Below, piece after piece: positions 37,637 to 52,000 of a stretch of 64,000 nt of DNA. Under the pieces are notes generated by a model that was not told the origin of the DNA, ran no database searches, and saw nothing but the letters and a program-made list of their open reading frames with translations. Position numbers and translations under genes: made by a program. The DNA comes from Catajapyx aquilonaris. Its lineage: Eukaryota. How positions within the stretch are numbered: the stretch's first letter is position 1; each line of letters opens with the position of its first letter. The stretch spans positions 124,001-188,000 of the forward strand of contig KZ537960.1 in NCBI GenBank assembly GCA_000934665.2. The letters are read 5' to 3'.

Positions 37637-40600
37637 ATGAGCGTGTTCAGCGACTTCAGAAAGGCCTGGGGACAGAGGTTCCCTGGGAGCGACCTCCCTG
37701 CAGCCTGGGAGGAGGACGTCAGGGCCAACCTAGCCAAGCACAAGGCCAGGGTGGCCGTCCTCAAGGAGGAGCTGGAAAAGGAAGAGTTCTACGTCGAGTA
37801 CCTGGAGAGGCTGCTGGACGACGTGGAGAAGCACAAGCAGTCAGACACCAACCCTGGGGCCACCACCACCAATGCTGAGGGAGACCACAGCACGAATGGG
37901 GATGCACTTGGAGATGGTGGCGGTGAGAAGGGGTCGCACTCCTATGTCACCGTCATTGAAGTGAATGGGTGCCAGAAGAAGGAGGCAGAGGGGGCGGCGC
38001 AGGGGTCACCTGCAAAGAAGGTGCCACCCAGGCCACCACCCAAGCACTTCAGGAAGGGGCTCTCCTCATTGTCCAGCCCCTCTGAGGAGGAGGCACCAAA
38101 GATTGAGGAGCAGGAGGCTGCTGTCAAGGAAGATTGTGGGTCCAATGGCACCCAGGAGCCTGTCGCTGAGGTAGAGGTGCCCAAGGCAGAAGCTGTTGAG
38201 GTTGCTGCAAAAGATCCATCTGACAACAGGAGTGCAGGTGAGAAGGGCAGGGGCAAGTAGACAAATCTTACCTAATCCACTCAACTAGCAACCCTCAAGA
38301 TGACAACCAGTCTGATTAACTGAACTTGTTGCAAAGAATGGCGGCCTTGAAGGGATGAATTACCAGTACACTCGACAGTTCACATTCTGTGTTACCAAGT
38401 GTCTGTAGGACACACGTGATTCCTCTGAAAAATTTGACAGTCAAGTAGTTCATGCATTTCACGATTATGCACTGTTTTGCATACAATAGAAAGTCAACAG
38501 TACAGTACACGCAGGTTTGACATTATCATGCTACAAATTTCATACCAAAATGCTGTAGTTGCATTTTTCAATATTTAATGCAGATTTATTTATTTTCTGT
38601 AGAATTTTTAAATGAGTGCTGCTTATATTTTTGTTAACACATGATTATTTCCATTGCATGCCAACAGAACCAGAAAAGGAAATTATGCCAGAACCAAGTG
38701 CCCCAACCTTGCCACCACCGCAGCGAAAACCACCAGGAGGAACTGCCAACCCGAACAACGAAGGGGTGCGATCCAAAATCCAGGAGCTGCTGCAAAAGAT
38801 GGAAAAGAGTGATGCTCCACTCCTGGCCTCCCAGGTGCCGGCAATTGGACCGAGGCGAATTTATAATCGGAAGGACCAACATGAGAAAGCTCCTGAGAGT
38901 TCAGAGACTGAAGTGGAGTGTTCAGAGCCCCTCTACGACACTGTGGCAGCAGATCTTGATGCGGGGGATTATGTGTTGCTGGCTGAGACAGCAGGGGGTA
39001 CAGGTGTTGGGGCAGTGTCAGGGGCACCGTCTGCTCCTGAGAAGTGCACAGATACGCTTCAATCTGGAGCTAGTTCAAACGATTTAGATGGTGAAGCCAC
39101 ATTCAAGTCACAGGCTTCTGTGCTGTCGGGACACAGTGGTACCACCAGTTCCACCACGGACACAGAAGGGGCTGCCGGGAGCCCCCTTCCGCCTGAGGGA
39201 GACTCGCCAAAGTGCTCCAACTACGTCAACATTGACTTCTTCCTGAAGTAAGTACAGTACCTATTTCCATGAACCTTGTACACTGCGGTGCATGGATTCT
39301 TGCAAATAAGCGGTTTCCCCACAACGACTATTTTGGTGAACGCCATCAATTCAACACCACGTTACATGGCTGGAGCCATTGACCTCATCCACACACCATG
39401 TGATTATATATGTTTACATATCATTTGCAGCATAATTATGAGGTTGATATTAAATTGATAGAATCGTAGCCAAGTGCATGTTATACCTGTGTGAAAGTTA
39501 ACTTTCATTCTGCTCTGAGCTTGTGAAAATTATTTTCAAAGGCCTCTGACTTCTCGCAGAAAGAATTTGTATTAGTGACATACTGACTCCTTGCATTGAG
39601 GCCAAGAATATGTGACATTGTGACATCAGGGCTTGTATTTTAAGTCGGTGTGTGTAAAGTGGGTTTCTTAATAGTTACCTGAATTCACTTGCGCTATGTG
39701 ACTTTGTAATAGCAGACTTCCGCTATTGCCCTGTGTTGAAAGCAGCCAAGAATGTATCAGATAGGGCCATGCATGCGTGCTAATAAGAGTGACAAGTGGA
39801 TAAGAAAACGCCATTTTGAAGGAGGAATATTCGTGTGTGCGAGAAAGGCGTAGGTGTGAACCGGCCAAGGTTAGACCGGGTGGAGCATAATTTTTATACG
39901 AGCAGTAATGCGTCCTTCAGACTCCGTTCCCAGACAAGTATTGTTTCAGAAAAGTAAAGGAAGACGTACATTACGAAAAATTAAGAGGCGCGAAACTTGG
40001 GTTGCACATCCTCCTTTTGTGCCATGAAAGTGACAGCCACAATATTTTTCGGAGCTTCCTGCCCATTTTTTTGCAAAGCGACAACACCCATGTCACCCTT
40101 CTCAATGTCACTTTTGGGATGGAGTGACAAGGGGATTGGAAGGAACCAATAAAAAAATTTCGGGCTTACTTCCTGTAAAGTCAAAGGGTATTCAACTCTG
40201 GCCGGCAGTCATCTGCATCGGTCTAATATCTGCGACGATTTTTTGGGGGTGACGTAACGTATATTGTTGGGCTGACGTCTAGTGCATTGGAAAGCGAGGT
40301 GTGAAGCCAAGTGAAGTAATTGCGGGGGTGTTTTTATTGACACGGGCCTAAAGACCGGATCCGGCCGTTTTAGGGCGGACCCACAGAAGAATGGGCAGAT
40401 TAACCTCTTCAGAAATGGGGTCGGAAGCCAGGATCGCCTTGGGGAGATGGGGGATTCACACTGACCCCTATTGTTGATTATCTGGTGGGTTTCAAGAGGT
40501 TTTGTGGTGTGTTTCCAACCCACTTTTATGTTTATTTGTTTAGAAAGGATGTGCGAAGTTGGCGATTTTTTTTATTTTCATTTTTTTGAGGCTGTGTAAT

Positions 40601-43019
40601 GATTACCTGGCACAATTTGGAGGGTATGGGTTTCAGCTAACGTGCACTAATTGCTGGTATTACTATTGATCGTTAGTGAGGGTAGCGAGCGAAATTTATA
40701 CACGGAATAGGGAGGGATTATAATAATGCGCGACCATATGAGATTGGGGCACCAGAGTTTGCGTGCCACTGGAACAATAGGTGAGGAGCCGATAATTGGT
40801 GTAATTGCAAAATACCGAAACATGAGACTCCCGATGAAACAGGATGGTTTGTTGAACCTTCCCAAGTTTGAACGCAATAGACAGGTTCCAAGGCTGATCA
40901 CATACTACGTAAATACCACTATTCACATAATGTTGGCTACAGACCGTATTTTTTGGGGAAATATCCGTTCGCTGGCGTAATTGGACCTGTGTGCAAATCG
41001 AATTTGGAAATCTCTCACCCAGTATCTAGGCCGCACTATTGCGTCTGTAAAACACCATTTAGGGACGACAGACACATGTTCCTGAAATTAACCACGGTAA
41101 GAAAACGAGCGATAGGATGGCTCCCCGAAATAGACTTAAGTTTTAGAGCCAAGCAGCCGCATAATTTTCACAGCTCAGTAATTTTCCCCTGGGAGGAAGT
41201 GAAAAATATATATCTCCCTTTCCATTAGTCTTCCTCGAATTTTTTTTATCGCTCAGCAGTCCCGTAAATCTGCCAGCTAAGGATCCTAATCCGGGCGGAA
41301 TGTTTTAAACCGGTCTTATATCCCCTCCCCAACTCCAAGACGGATTTCCTTCCACCAACTTGGCAAATTGTGTGGCAATGCTTTGAGAAGACCGAGATAT
41401 ATCCAATCTGGAGATGGTCGTATCCATCACAATAAGGCGAAAAACCCATGCAACTAAAAAAATAAGTACAAAAAAAAACTGCAAATGGACTTTTCTGGCT
41501 CGTGGATCATCGAGTGGAAGGTCTGCACAAATTGCTCCGGGTCTGCGTTCGTCTCAGATATCGGCTGAAGTCCTGAGGGAGAAAAAAGATGGTGGAAAAG
41601 GGGCGTCTTGAGGAGTCGCCAACCTTTACAAAATGCAGGCAAAGTGCTGAGAAGACTCGTCATTTATCATTTGGAGCGACTACAGCCGGCTCCACACCCG
41701 GTCCGTTCGGATATTAATATGTGAAAATGCCAGCTCAGAAGGGTTGGTGGTATGGGTACTGTGGGGGTCGTCACCCCGGTCACACTCTGCTGGTAGCGGT
41801 CCCCCCCAAAAAAGCAAAACTAGAGTGACGTACATAACTAATGAACCGAATATGTTGTTGTTGTAACGAGAGATGAAAACAGTGGCAATGAGACCACTTG
41901 GGAACAGCTGGGCTGTATCACAAGACATATTATGATGCCCCTCCTGGTATGTGATCATTACACAAGGCATATCACAGGCACCTGCATAATTCATAGCGAT
42001 TGCGCGAGATGTTTGACATGCACCCTGATTGTGAGAAGGAAAGTTCGGTACAGTTGAGTGCGTGCTTTGAGTATTGAAAAGGGGGGGCTGAAGAGCAAAG
42101 ATTCCATAATGATGTTAATGAGGAGGAGGCTTTGATCCGGCGGAAAGTTGCAGCTGGGACTTTCCCCCCTCTAGAAAATGAAAGTCGAGAGGTGAGGTAG
42201 CCCTGATTGATGCTGTTGACTGCATAAAAGGAACGTCATAGTTACACCTGGAGGTACAGTACGTTGATACATATGAAACTGGGATAGGACAGTGATTTAT
42301 GCGACAAAATGACGATTTACGTTGGTGCAACAGCTGTCGAATCCGTGGCCCCGGATAAATTAGATTGGAGCAGGCAGGCAGGCAGCAGCCTCCAGTTTTG
42401 GATTTCGCAGCTCTTCGATCCAACATTGCTGCAGGCGCCTGCTTCCATGGGGAGCTATGCTGGAGAATTATAACGTCGCACGGAGCTCGCCGCCAGCAGC
42501 CGGCCTGTATATACCTGGGGAGTTGAACCTGACAGCGTCAATGACACAAACTAGGACCAGGGAGTTTCTGCCGAGGGCTGCTGGATAACTTGAGGGCAGG
42601 CAGACAGAAAACATGAATAAGCTAGCCTCAACCGAGGCTGCCACTGAATAGACCACAAACAGCGTAGCCTCTTTCTCAGAAACTCCAATGGATTTGGCAG
42701 GGAGTGTCCCGCAATTTGTCAAGTGTCAGGAACAATTGTGGTTCCATAAAGTTGATTACACAAAGGCAGCAACTCAGGACTGGTAATTGCTAATTAAGTG
42801 ACGATCTTGGGATTATAAATGAATAGTGATAAGTTTGCCCCTTAGTAACGAGCCATTATACAGGCCTGAAACTTTGGCCATAAGTCCCAATTATCTCGCA
42901 CGAGAGCGTTTTGCAGTCGTCGGCTCGTGAAATAACCGCCTTGTTTGTGGACGGTAGATAGGGCAGAATTCTACAGTTGGTGACCTTCGCTCCAATTCAC
43001 CCAACTTTTTCCTAAGAAA

Positions 43020-43061
<42 letters not shown>

Positions 43062-46000
43062 AACGAGATAAGAGAGAGGTTCTAACGAAGCTGCGTTTGG
43101 CTGAGAAATATTGGGAGCTTAGTGTTGCTGAAGACATAATACTAGGGAGGGTACGCACCTTTTGTCGTGTGTTTCGTAATGGTGTGTGGGCGAAGAGAAA
43201 GTTGAGGAATCCGGGATGCTTGCTGGGCCTTTTTCTTGGGCGATTGGGTACCCCTGAAGGCACGGCGAGGGAAATCAAGCTGCAGGCCGTGAAAAGAGCG
43301 TGGTTTTAATTGGAACGGAGTCGGAAGGATGGTGATTAACTGGGTCGTTTGCCTTGCCTCCTCGTTAAACCTTAGAGATAAGTTGGGGAGATGGAGATTT
43401 TTGCAGTGGAAGCTCGAATATTTTGCCTGAGTGAGCAAGCCGTTTTGTAATAACAGAATCGAATTCCCCACCTTTTTTTCCTTAGCCAGGAAGCCATGTC
43501 TCTTTTTCCATATCAATTCCCAGATAATTATTACTCATGCAATAAAACGATAAGTGCTATAAACTAGGGGCAACAGGATATCTAAAACACCGTACTGTGT
43601 TTTTCGGGTGTACTCCCACGTTGTTCGTAGCACAATGAAATATCACCTGCGAATAGGGAGGTATCCGGCAACTGGACCCATTACCTCAACTAATTGACGC
43701 AATCATTATTGTTGATGGGAGCCGAATAGTTTGGAGGGCACATGCACGGCAGGGGGGGGGGGGGTTTGGCAGTGAATTTGCGGCGGAAGAGAAGCAAACG
43801 TGTGGCCCCGTCACGTTCTCTCCATTACGCTTAACCCTCCATGAAATCCGTCGTCTGTCAAATCTGGACATGCCTGGGATCAGATATGCATGAGAGTTAG
43901 GAATATATTCTGCATATAATTTTTTTTTGTGACGAAGCGTCCGGGTCGGATATATGATTCAGACACACCTGGATTAAACCACATTATCTGTAGATAATAG
44001 TATAGTCATACCGTAATCTAATCATGACTGGTGAATATGACGGATCCAGTATGTGTGTGAGGAGGTCCTCGTGTGAATGGGAGTTGGTGCTGTTGCAAGA
44101 GGGAATCAAATTATGTTGGCAAGGCTTTATTCGTGGCGATCCCATGGAGCCTTACTAATGTGATCCTTTTGTGCTGTTGCAGGAGGAAGGCGAGGAGGAA
44201 AGGAGCATCAGAATTGGAATCTCAAGGCGAATCTCTGGAATCGGACGACGAGGTGCCTCCGTTGCTGAGGACCATCTCTAGTGATCGTGAGGAGGACGAT
44301 GCCAGGGACTCCAGGGATGAGGTGTTCGACGTGGATTCGGGTGAGTGGGTAGCCCGCAGATTAGCATGTCGGCGGATTGTCATACATTGGCGGCGAGGCT
44401 TGTAACCATATTTGGCCTAGCTCCCGTACCCATTGAGGTCAGGGACACGCATAAATACCTCCGCAAACTTCGTTCCGGTTGGTGTTTGAAGTCGGTGCAT
44501 GACTCCTGTGGGAGTGTATATACACCGAGGCGGTTCCCTGATGATATGAAAGTAAATGTAATGAGCGTGACGCAATGGGCATCGATCGGCCTGCGGGGAA
44601 GATGTATAGAGAGGGCAAGTGGCGCCAGGGGGGGATGATGGATGTACAGTACACAATGTAAGATGGAAAAATGGCCTGTTTCCACAGTGCCTAAGATTTG
44701 ACTGAATTCTTCTCCCCTCCAAGGAGCATCCATCTCTGGACCATTTCCAGACGGTTGATCTTTCCCTCCATTTGGGAGGGGAGCCCTGGCGCCAGGACAG
44801 CGCCAGGCGCCTTCCTTCCTGCCCTTCCACCTCAGATCGAAGATGGGTTAATCCAGCGCACTCCACAGATTCAATTTGGCTGCTGCCGAGGCCCTCCACG
44901 GCACATCTTTTCGGCCAGAATGCAGCTTCTCCTCTAGATAAAATTCGGCCCGATTTCTCTGGAGATCCGGATTAATGGCGGGTTTTTGCAGGGAGAAAGC
45001 GGGGGGAGAAGGAAATTGAGGTGACAAAAGCTGGGTGTATTAGAGAGACAAAAACCGGATGCGGGCCTTGGCAGTGATCATTGCGAACGGTCAGTGCCAC
45101 TTTCCCCTTGCACGACTTGAGTGGTATTAAAAGGTCTTAACCAAGTACCTTCGACGGACCGGGCGGGGTTGTCAAGTTGCGTTGGAGTTTAAATCATAAC
45201 CGGTCCTTATGTGAAGAAAATATACGAGCGGTTTCATGACAGAAAGCAAAAAAACCGCAGCCAGGTTATTTTCGGTGCTGACTACTTTCTACGTCAGTTT
45301 TTTACTGGATTTAACGGCTCTTGTTTGTGTAAGGTGACTTCATGAAAGAGGGCGGTATTCTGGATACTTTCACCGGGCGATTAGATAAGCGCCATCTGTA
45401 GCTTGATGGGCATTGAGATGCTAAGGGACGATTGGGTGACCCCGAGAATGAGCTAAATTGTGGGTTGTTTATGAGAGGGGGTCTACATACAGAAGCACGT
45501 GCGGGGCTAGGCATCGGTAAACAAATGTGTGACACATCCTCTGTGGATTGCCATCCCTTCCTGAAACTGGAGACCTTTCAAGCTTATCGGAGGAAAATCT
45601 GACGTCGGTACTTCCACGTAAGATACTGGTTGTGGCTTATGTAGAAAGTGTAACCTTGCAGGTGCGTGTTAGTGTTGGTTGACAAAGTGTTTTCTAATAC
45701 GGGCAACACATGTGGGGTACAGTTTGAATCAGAATCCTGGAAATCAATGTGGCGTCATAAATTCGGACACAGTGAAGTAACCAAGCAGGCGTTATTCCCC
45801 AGGCACGAAAATGTTCTAGGGAAGACCACGTCCGCATAGTTTACTAGATTCACACATGACGCCCCCTTCCATTATTTTTTTTTTCATTATTAACGGAGAC
45901 ATGGATGCTCGATATCAGCAAGCGGAGTTAACGACCCGGTCACTTGGCATCGGCTTGAAAATAAAACGTTGCTCAGTCAGCGTTCCAGAATTCCTGGCTT

Positions 46001-49000
46001 AGTGTTGGATAGGTAAGAGAGGAGACGAGGCAAGCATAACGGTTCTGCTTGCATCAGCATGGAAGGATGAGAGGAATAAAAGTGTCTCCAAGTTTTTCCT
46101 GTTTGGAGAGGCGCCTAAGTGCTCCACGTGGTCGTTTTTGTGATGGGGGTTGTTGGCGACTTTTTTGACGTAACACTTGCAATAATGCCCTTTTGGAGTA
46201 GGTCATGCTCAAGGACGAGCTAGTCGCACACAAGGTTGCGTTACTTGTCCTGGCACACATTACCCGGACAGTGCACCGGGGTGGATTATGTAGACTGAGG
46301 CAGGGGTCTGGCCAAAATATTTGCATACGGCGAATCCTGGTGGAAATGAGAATATCCTGGCGTTTTGCTTGTAGGCGAATATTTCATTAGGACGGGGTGT
46401 CCGAGGAATTAGACCGAGAGCGAAGGGTGCATGTGTTTTGTAAGTCAATTTCCGATGCCTTCATGTGCTGGGAGATTGGTTTTAAATGTGGAGGAAGTTG
46501 GGGTGGATGACATCATAACATGTTCAGTGTCCGGAAGACTAAACTGTTAGCCGACATGATTAGTAATCGATTTTGTGAAGGCCCGTTTCACTGTTAGTGC
46601 CATCTTAGGGAGTAGCACAACTGTGGGAAACATATGCTGGAACCGTATTAACATAAATAGAAGCAGGAGCGAATATCATTAGTGTAAGCTGCGCGTATGA
46701 AGCTGTAAAAAACGGGCAGTGTTTTTACAACCTGAGCTTACGTGCCATGTAAAATGCGATATGAGTCGGACCACGTAGGGCTTAGGGCCTCATATGTAAT
46801 TCAGAATCCTTAATGAAGCGCGGCTTGTGTGGATGTGCAGCAATTGAACTAGTTTAAATATGTGTAAATGCCAGTGACGTCAGCAAACTTGTGGACAGTC
46901 GCGGTGATAAGATGGGCGTTCTCAGTACAATGTTACAAAGTTGGTTCGTGTAATGCCTTGTAATAGTGTATGTCATTCATAATATTATTATCATGCATTG
47001 TGTGTGCGATAAGGAGGTAAAACGTGCTGGTATTAACAGGGACGGGAATGTGTGCGGTTTTATTTTCTTAGAAAACGGAAGTGCATGTACTGTACAGGTT
47101 AAAAATATAGTGTACCGGTACCTATTTTTCTCATTGCGGTTTGGCGTGCGACCTACACACAATTTACATTGTTAACCTATTTTTTTGAAATAAGGGAATG
47201 ACATCCTTCTTGTTTGCTGTTCATGCAGGGTAATTACGCCCCGTTACACGTATCACCCCAGGTGTGCATCATAAAACACGCCTGCAGACAATGCACGATG
47301 CTCGCTTTCTTATGAGGTTAATATTGCTGAGTGATACAGCATTTATTGCGGATAAATCCTGCGACGTCCCTGACTTCAATTGGGATTATCGCCGCCCCTT
47401 TTGAAGCGTGACAAAGTGACACACTCCGATTGTTTAGGAAATCTAATACAGAATGGGTTTTTGTGGGAGAATCAATCACTGTCACTTTCGTACCCACCTG
47501 CAACCAGCCTGATATCTTCAAGCATGCGAACATAAAATATCAAAAGTCAAGGAATTCCGTGCACTAGGACAGAACCGCAATAAGCCCTCGTTCCACTTTG
47601 GCCAGACAGAAACAATACAGGTGAAATATCAGGGGTATGATCTGTACCCACTAATGTTCAGAGTATGTATGTACATGGCCGGAAGTAGCCAGATGGGCAT
47701 CCTCACCTGCTGGCCCATGGGCAGCTGCATTCCTCTTATGATTTTTTATACCTCTTTTGGGGGAAAAAAAAGCCACCCTATGTAACCCACTCTCATCTGC
47801 ACATTCACTTTCCACCTGTCCCTCTTTGGGAAAAGCCAATTATCCAGCTGTTGGCCGCATCCACGTTCATCTCACCTGAATGGTATTGGGACGTGAGGTA
47901 ATTGTGATGTGACTGTCATGGCCGGTACTCAATCTCAGGGATTTTCTGACCGGATGTGCGGGATTCGATTTTTCCCCCCGTTTTTTTTTTTTTTTTTTTT
48001 GGCATGATTTCTCCCTGCAACGTGGTATCCGTGCCTATTGATTATCTGCACGATCTGGCCTGCCCATTGTGATCGATTCGAACTGTAGGTGCTGAATGGG
48101 ATATAGTGCATATATTAAGGACCACTCCCAACTATGCACGTGAATTACAGCTCCGGTTTTTCATTTGTCTAATTGCCTCATTCGCGTGCGAGATTTTTTT
48201 TTTTTTTTTTAAGCGAGGGAAATGTATACGAATCGATGTTTTTCAGGGGCGTGTGAAATGGTAGGTCTGAAAGCTTGCGAAATTTGCAGAGTCAGCGTTT
48301 AATAATTTGCAGCCGCTTAAGGGCTGACAACTAAACGGTTACGCGAATATTCTCACATGGGTCTGGTTTGGTAAATGGCCACTTCAATTGTGAATGGGTC
48401 ACAACCAGTTCATCGGACACCACGTCGGGGACCCCTTGTAGAATATTATATTATATAACTGTATATTATATTTATTTCAGGGGTGTATAGCAGCTCGGTG
48501 GAGTCGACGTCGGCGATGCCTTCGACACCTCCGACACCCCCGGGCGGTAAGAAGTGGAAGCAAAGCGAGGTAGGTGTTTTTCCTCCATTGAATTCGCCAT
48601 CTTAATTAAGACGGAAGAAGGAGCCGCAAGGGGCTTTATCAGTTGCAGCAGCATCCGGGAAACAGGCCCCCATCTGCCAATACTCGAGAGATCCTTATCT
48701 ATTTTGGGGCTGCAGACCCTTTTTCAGTAAAAAAATATGTACGGAGCAACGGAGGTACCGACCTCAGAGTAAATGTCAGTGTGACAAGATGGGTGAACTT
48801 TAGAGCAGGCGCCATGGTATAGACGGGAAAACTGCGGTTTGGGTAATGAGGCTAGAAGGTTAGGACGGCTGGGATGATTGGCGAGTTAAAGTCGGACAAT
48901 GGAAGTGGGTAGGATGGCAAAGTGACAAGCCGCCCACATATGGTTCGCATGTTTTTGACCGCGATAGTACGTTTTTATTGAGACGGAAAAAAAAAGGATG

Positions 49001-52000
49001 AGCTTCTGGGCGATTCCCATTGCTAATAGCGTGCGAAAAGCCTCCTGCAGAGGTATTCGAGGGCCATTGGGAAGTAGGGTCCCACGCATTTGTCTAAAGG
49101 CCAGAAAATTCCTGTTGGCGGTTCACCTTCCGCGTTGTTAGTGGCTGTCAAGGTGGAAGAAAGAAAACGGTTCCTTCCATGGCCTCAAGTCTTTTCCGGT
49201 CAACAGGCCTTCGTTGGTTCTAATACTGGGGCAAATATTTTGGTTTGCTTGGTTTAGGAGGGGGTCAACAGCTAAATGTACAGTATGTTGCAAACCACCC
49301 CATTTAGAAACTGATAACATGGAGGGGTGTAGTGATAATTAATGAGTAGGATGATGCTTTTATTATGATAATGTGGGTGGGGATTATTCAGAGGCATGGC
49401 ACTAAGGCGCCTAAGGAGAGGACCAGGAGAAGAATTAGTAATGGATGTTTTGTCTTCCACAGGATGAAGTGAAAGATGAAGCGGAGAGGATGACCATGTA
49501 CAAATGTATCATCAGTAGCATCATTGAAAGTGAAAGAATATATGTAGAATGCCTCAGCGTTATGCTTCAGGTAACTATTTGCACTCGTAGTGTTATTGGG
49601 CAAGCAATACATCGCCTTATCAAATTGTAAGTTCAAAAGGGAATGATTTTGAGTAAGGATAGCTGCCACCATCTGATCCATAACTGGAGAATTTCCTGTT
49701 CTTGCCCCACTTCTCATTTGGAACTCAAGATATTTCCTTTGCAATGTAAAGGTGACCACATTTCTTTTCAGTATATGAAAGCCCTGAAGGCCACTCTGAC
49801 CACATCTCAGCCTGTGCTCACTCAGGATGAATTTGGAGCTATTTTCTTCAAGATCCCAGAATTGCACGCGTTGCATCAGAGCTTCCTGGAAGGCCTCCAA
49901 AAAAGGACACAAGATTGGGATGGGAAATTCACCATTGGTGACCACTTCAAGATGATGGTGAGGGCTTGCCTTAAGGAGCTGTTTCATATGTGTGGGCAAA
50001 CTCACATCATGTATGCATTGTCAACAGGCTAACAAAATCAACACATACGGCTCGTTCCTTCAAAATTACGGGCGTGCCATTGACACGGTGAGGCAGTGCA
50101 GTCAGAACAACGCCCAGTTTGCAGACATAACAAGAGACATTCGGCTGAGATCACTGCAAGGTCAACCTATGTCACTGGAGGACCTTCTTCACAAACCAGT
50201 TGCTCGTGTGCAGAAAAATGCCTTGGTCTTGCATGTGAGTTGGATGAATGCACACGACTGACTATAGTAACCTTTCCAACAGCTACATGCTCCTAACTAT
50301 AATCTTTTTCAATGCAGGACTTGATCAAATACACACCTGAGAGTCATCCTGACAACAAAACCTTACAGCAAGCTTTAAAAATGATGCAGTGTTTTCTAAA
50401 TGAGTTCAACATGATTCAAACGGAAACACTCTTTCCTGTTAGTGGCTCTTTTGTACTTGTTTAATATTAGCAAAAAGGGGGAATGATTTATATCATGATT
50501 TGTTTTACAGTCCCATGATAGAGCCCAGAGGCACCTAGTGAAAAACTCATTTATAGTTGAACTCTCTGAGGGACATCGTAAACTTCGACACCTTTTCCTC
50601 TTCAATGATGTGATTGTCTGTGCCAAGTACAAGGTAGGAGTGATAGTGGCTCACAAGTTGTATCTGGTAATACTAAATGGGGTGCTTTTTAAATTCAGGC
50701 CTCAGGGAAGAATGAGAAGTACACCTTTGAGCTCAAATGGTACATTCCATTGGGAGAGATTGTTGTGCAGGAGGAGCCCAATTCAGAACCAAGGGAGTCT
50801 TCTCCTGTCAACCTGGTAGTGCTAAAGTCACAAGCTTCCACTGTGCGGGACCAAATCATGAGGCAAGAAAGTAGAGAAGAAAAGGTAAGTCAAATAATTA
50901 TGTACTGCTTACCTTGTGAAGTTTTTAGGTGGCCATATGCCTGCATTTTCTCCAATTAAAAATTTATGCATGTGATATCTTCTGCCTTACCATATTTGGT
51001 AATATTCTACCAGTGAGACATTAACTCTTACAATTATGTAGCAGTGTACTCATTTTCACTAATGCATAGTACTTTGTAATACTGTACCATTGGCCTATGA
51101 GTACATAATATCACTATCATATCACTCTATAATCACTCCATATCCTGAGACATGAACATGTGATAGTTTTCTTGCACTGGGCAGTCTAGATTTTATATGT
51201 TGCCAAATTTCAGACTTTCCGGATCCATTTCAATCAGGAATAGTTGGAATTCATTTGGATGGCTGCTTCCTATTCTAAATGAACTGAGACAGGTGCAGCC
51301 ACCCGAATATTCTCAACTTGTTTGGGGCCATAGACCTAATTAGGCAGAATATGAATGCACCTTTATATGTATAAAGAGACCTCCTAAGAAGTGTTGTATT
51401 AATGTCAAATGATCTCAGTCACTTGGAATTATTTGCTCTCCCAGTTTTGCAATTGTGAATCTAAGGATTTTTCTTTCTTCTCTGTAACAGAAGCAAAAGC
51501 CAGGAGGGAAAGCAGAGAAGCATAGGAAGAAGCTAGCAGAGCTGGAAGCCCAGCTGGTGCTGGCATCTCCAAACTTGGTATTCCGAGTTGGCCATCGCCA
51601 TGGAAAGATGTTTACATTCTTCTTATCATCTGAGTTTGAGCGTGCGCAGTGGTTTGAAGCCATCCAGGTCCTGCAGGTGGCCCACACTCCCACTGCAACT
51701 GTCCCCACGCTCAACATGTATGAGCTTCAAGCATGGATCACTGCCTGCCGTAAATTTCTCAAGACCAACATGGGCTCATACCTTCTCCTGTCTGGTAGAG
51801 ATGAGTCACTGTTGGTAGGCGACCTGCATGTTCTTATAGAGGGTCTGCAGGGACTCGCACGCCCAGCAGGTGAGATTAACTGTTCACCTTAGCCCTACCC
51901 AATCTTAGTGCAGTCTGACCGTAACTGAAGTCTGTGCTCCAGACTTGTATGTGTGCTTGGAGGTGGACTCGTATGGCCACTACTTCAGAAAGGCCAAGAC

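Noticed and set aside
39900..48400. Nested genes among the many 60-160 aa ORFs in the BCR introns
   Set aside because: No domain motifs or consistent splice chains apart from the BCR exon at 44183-44340; consistent with chance ORFs.
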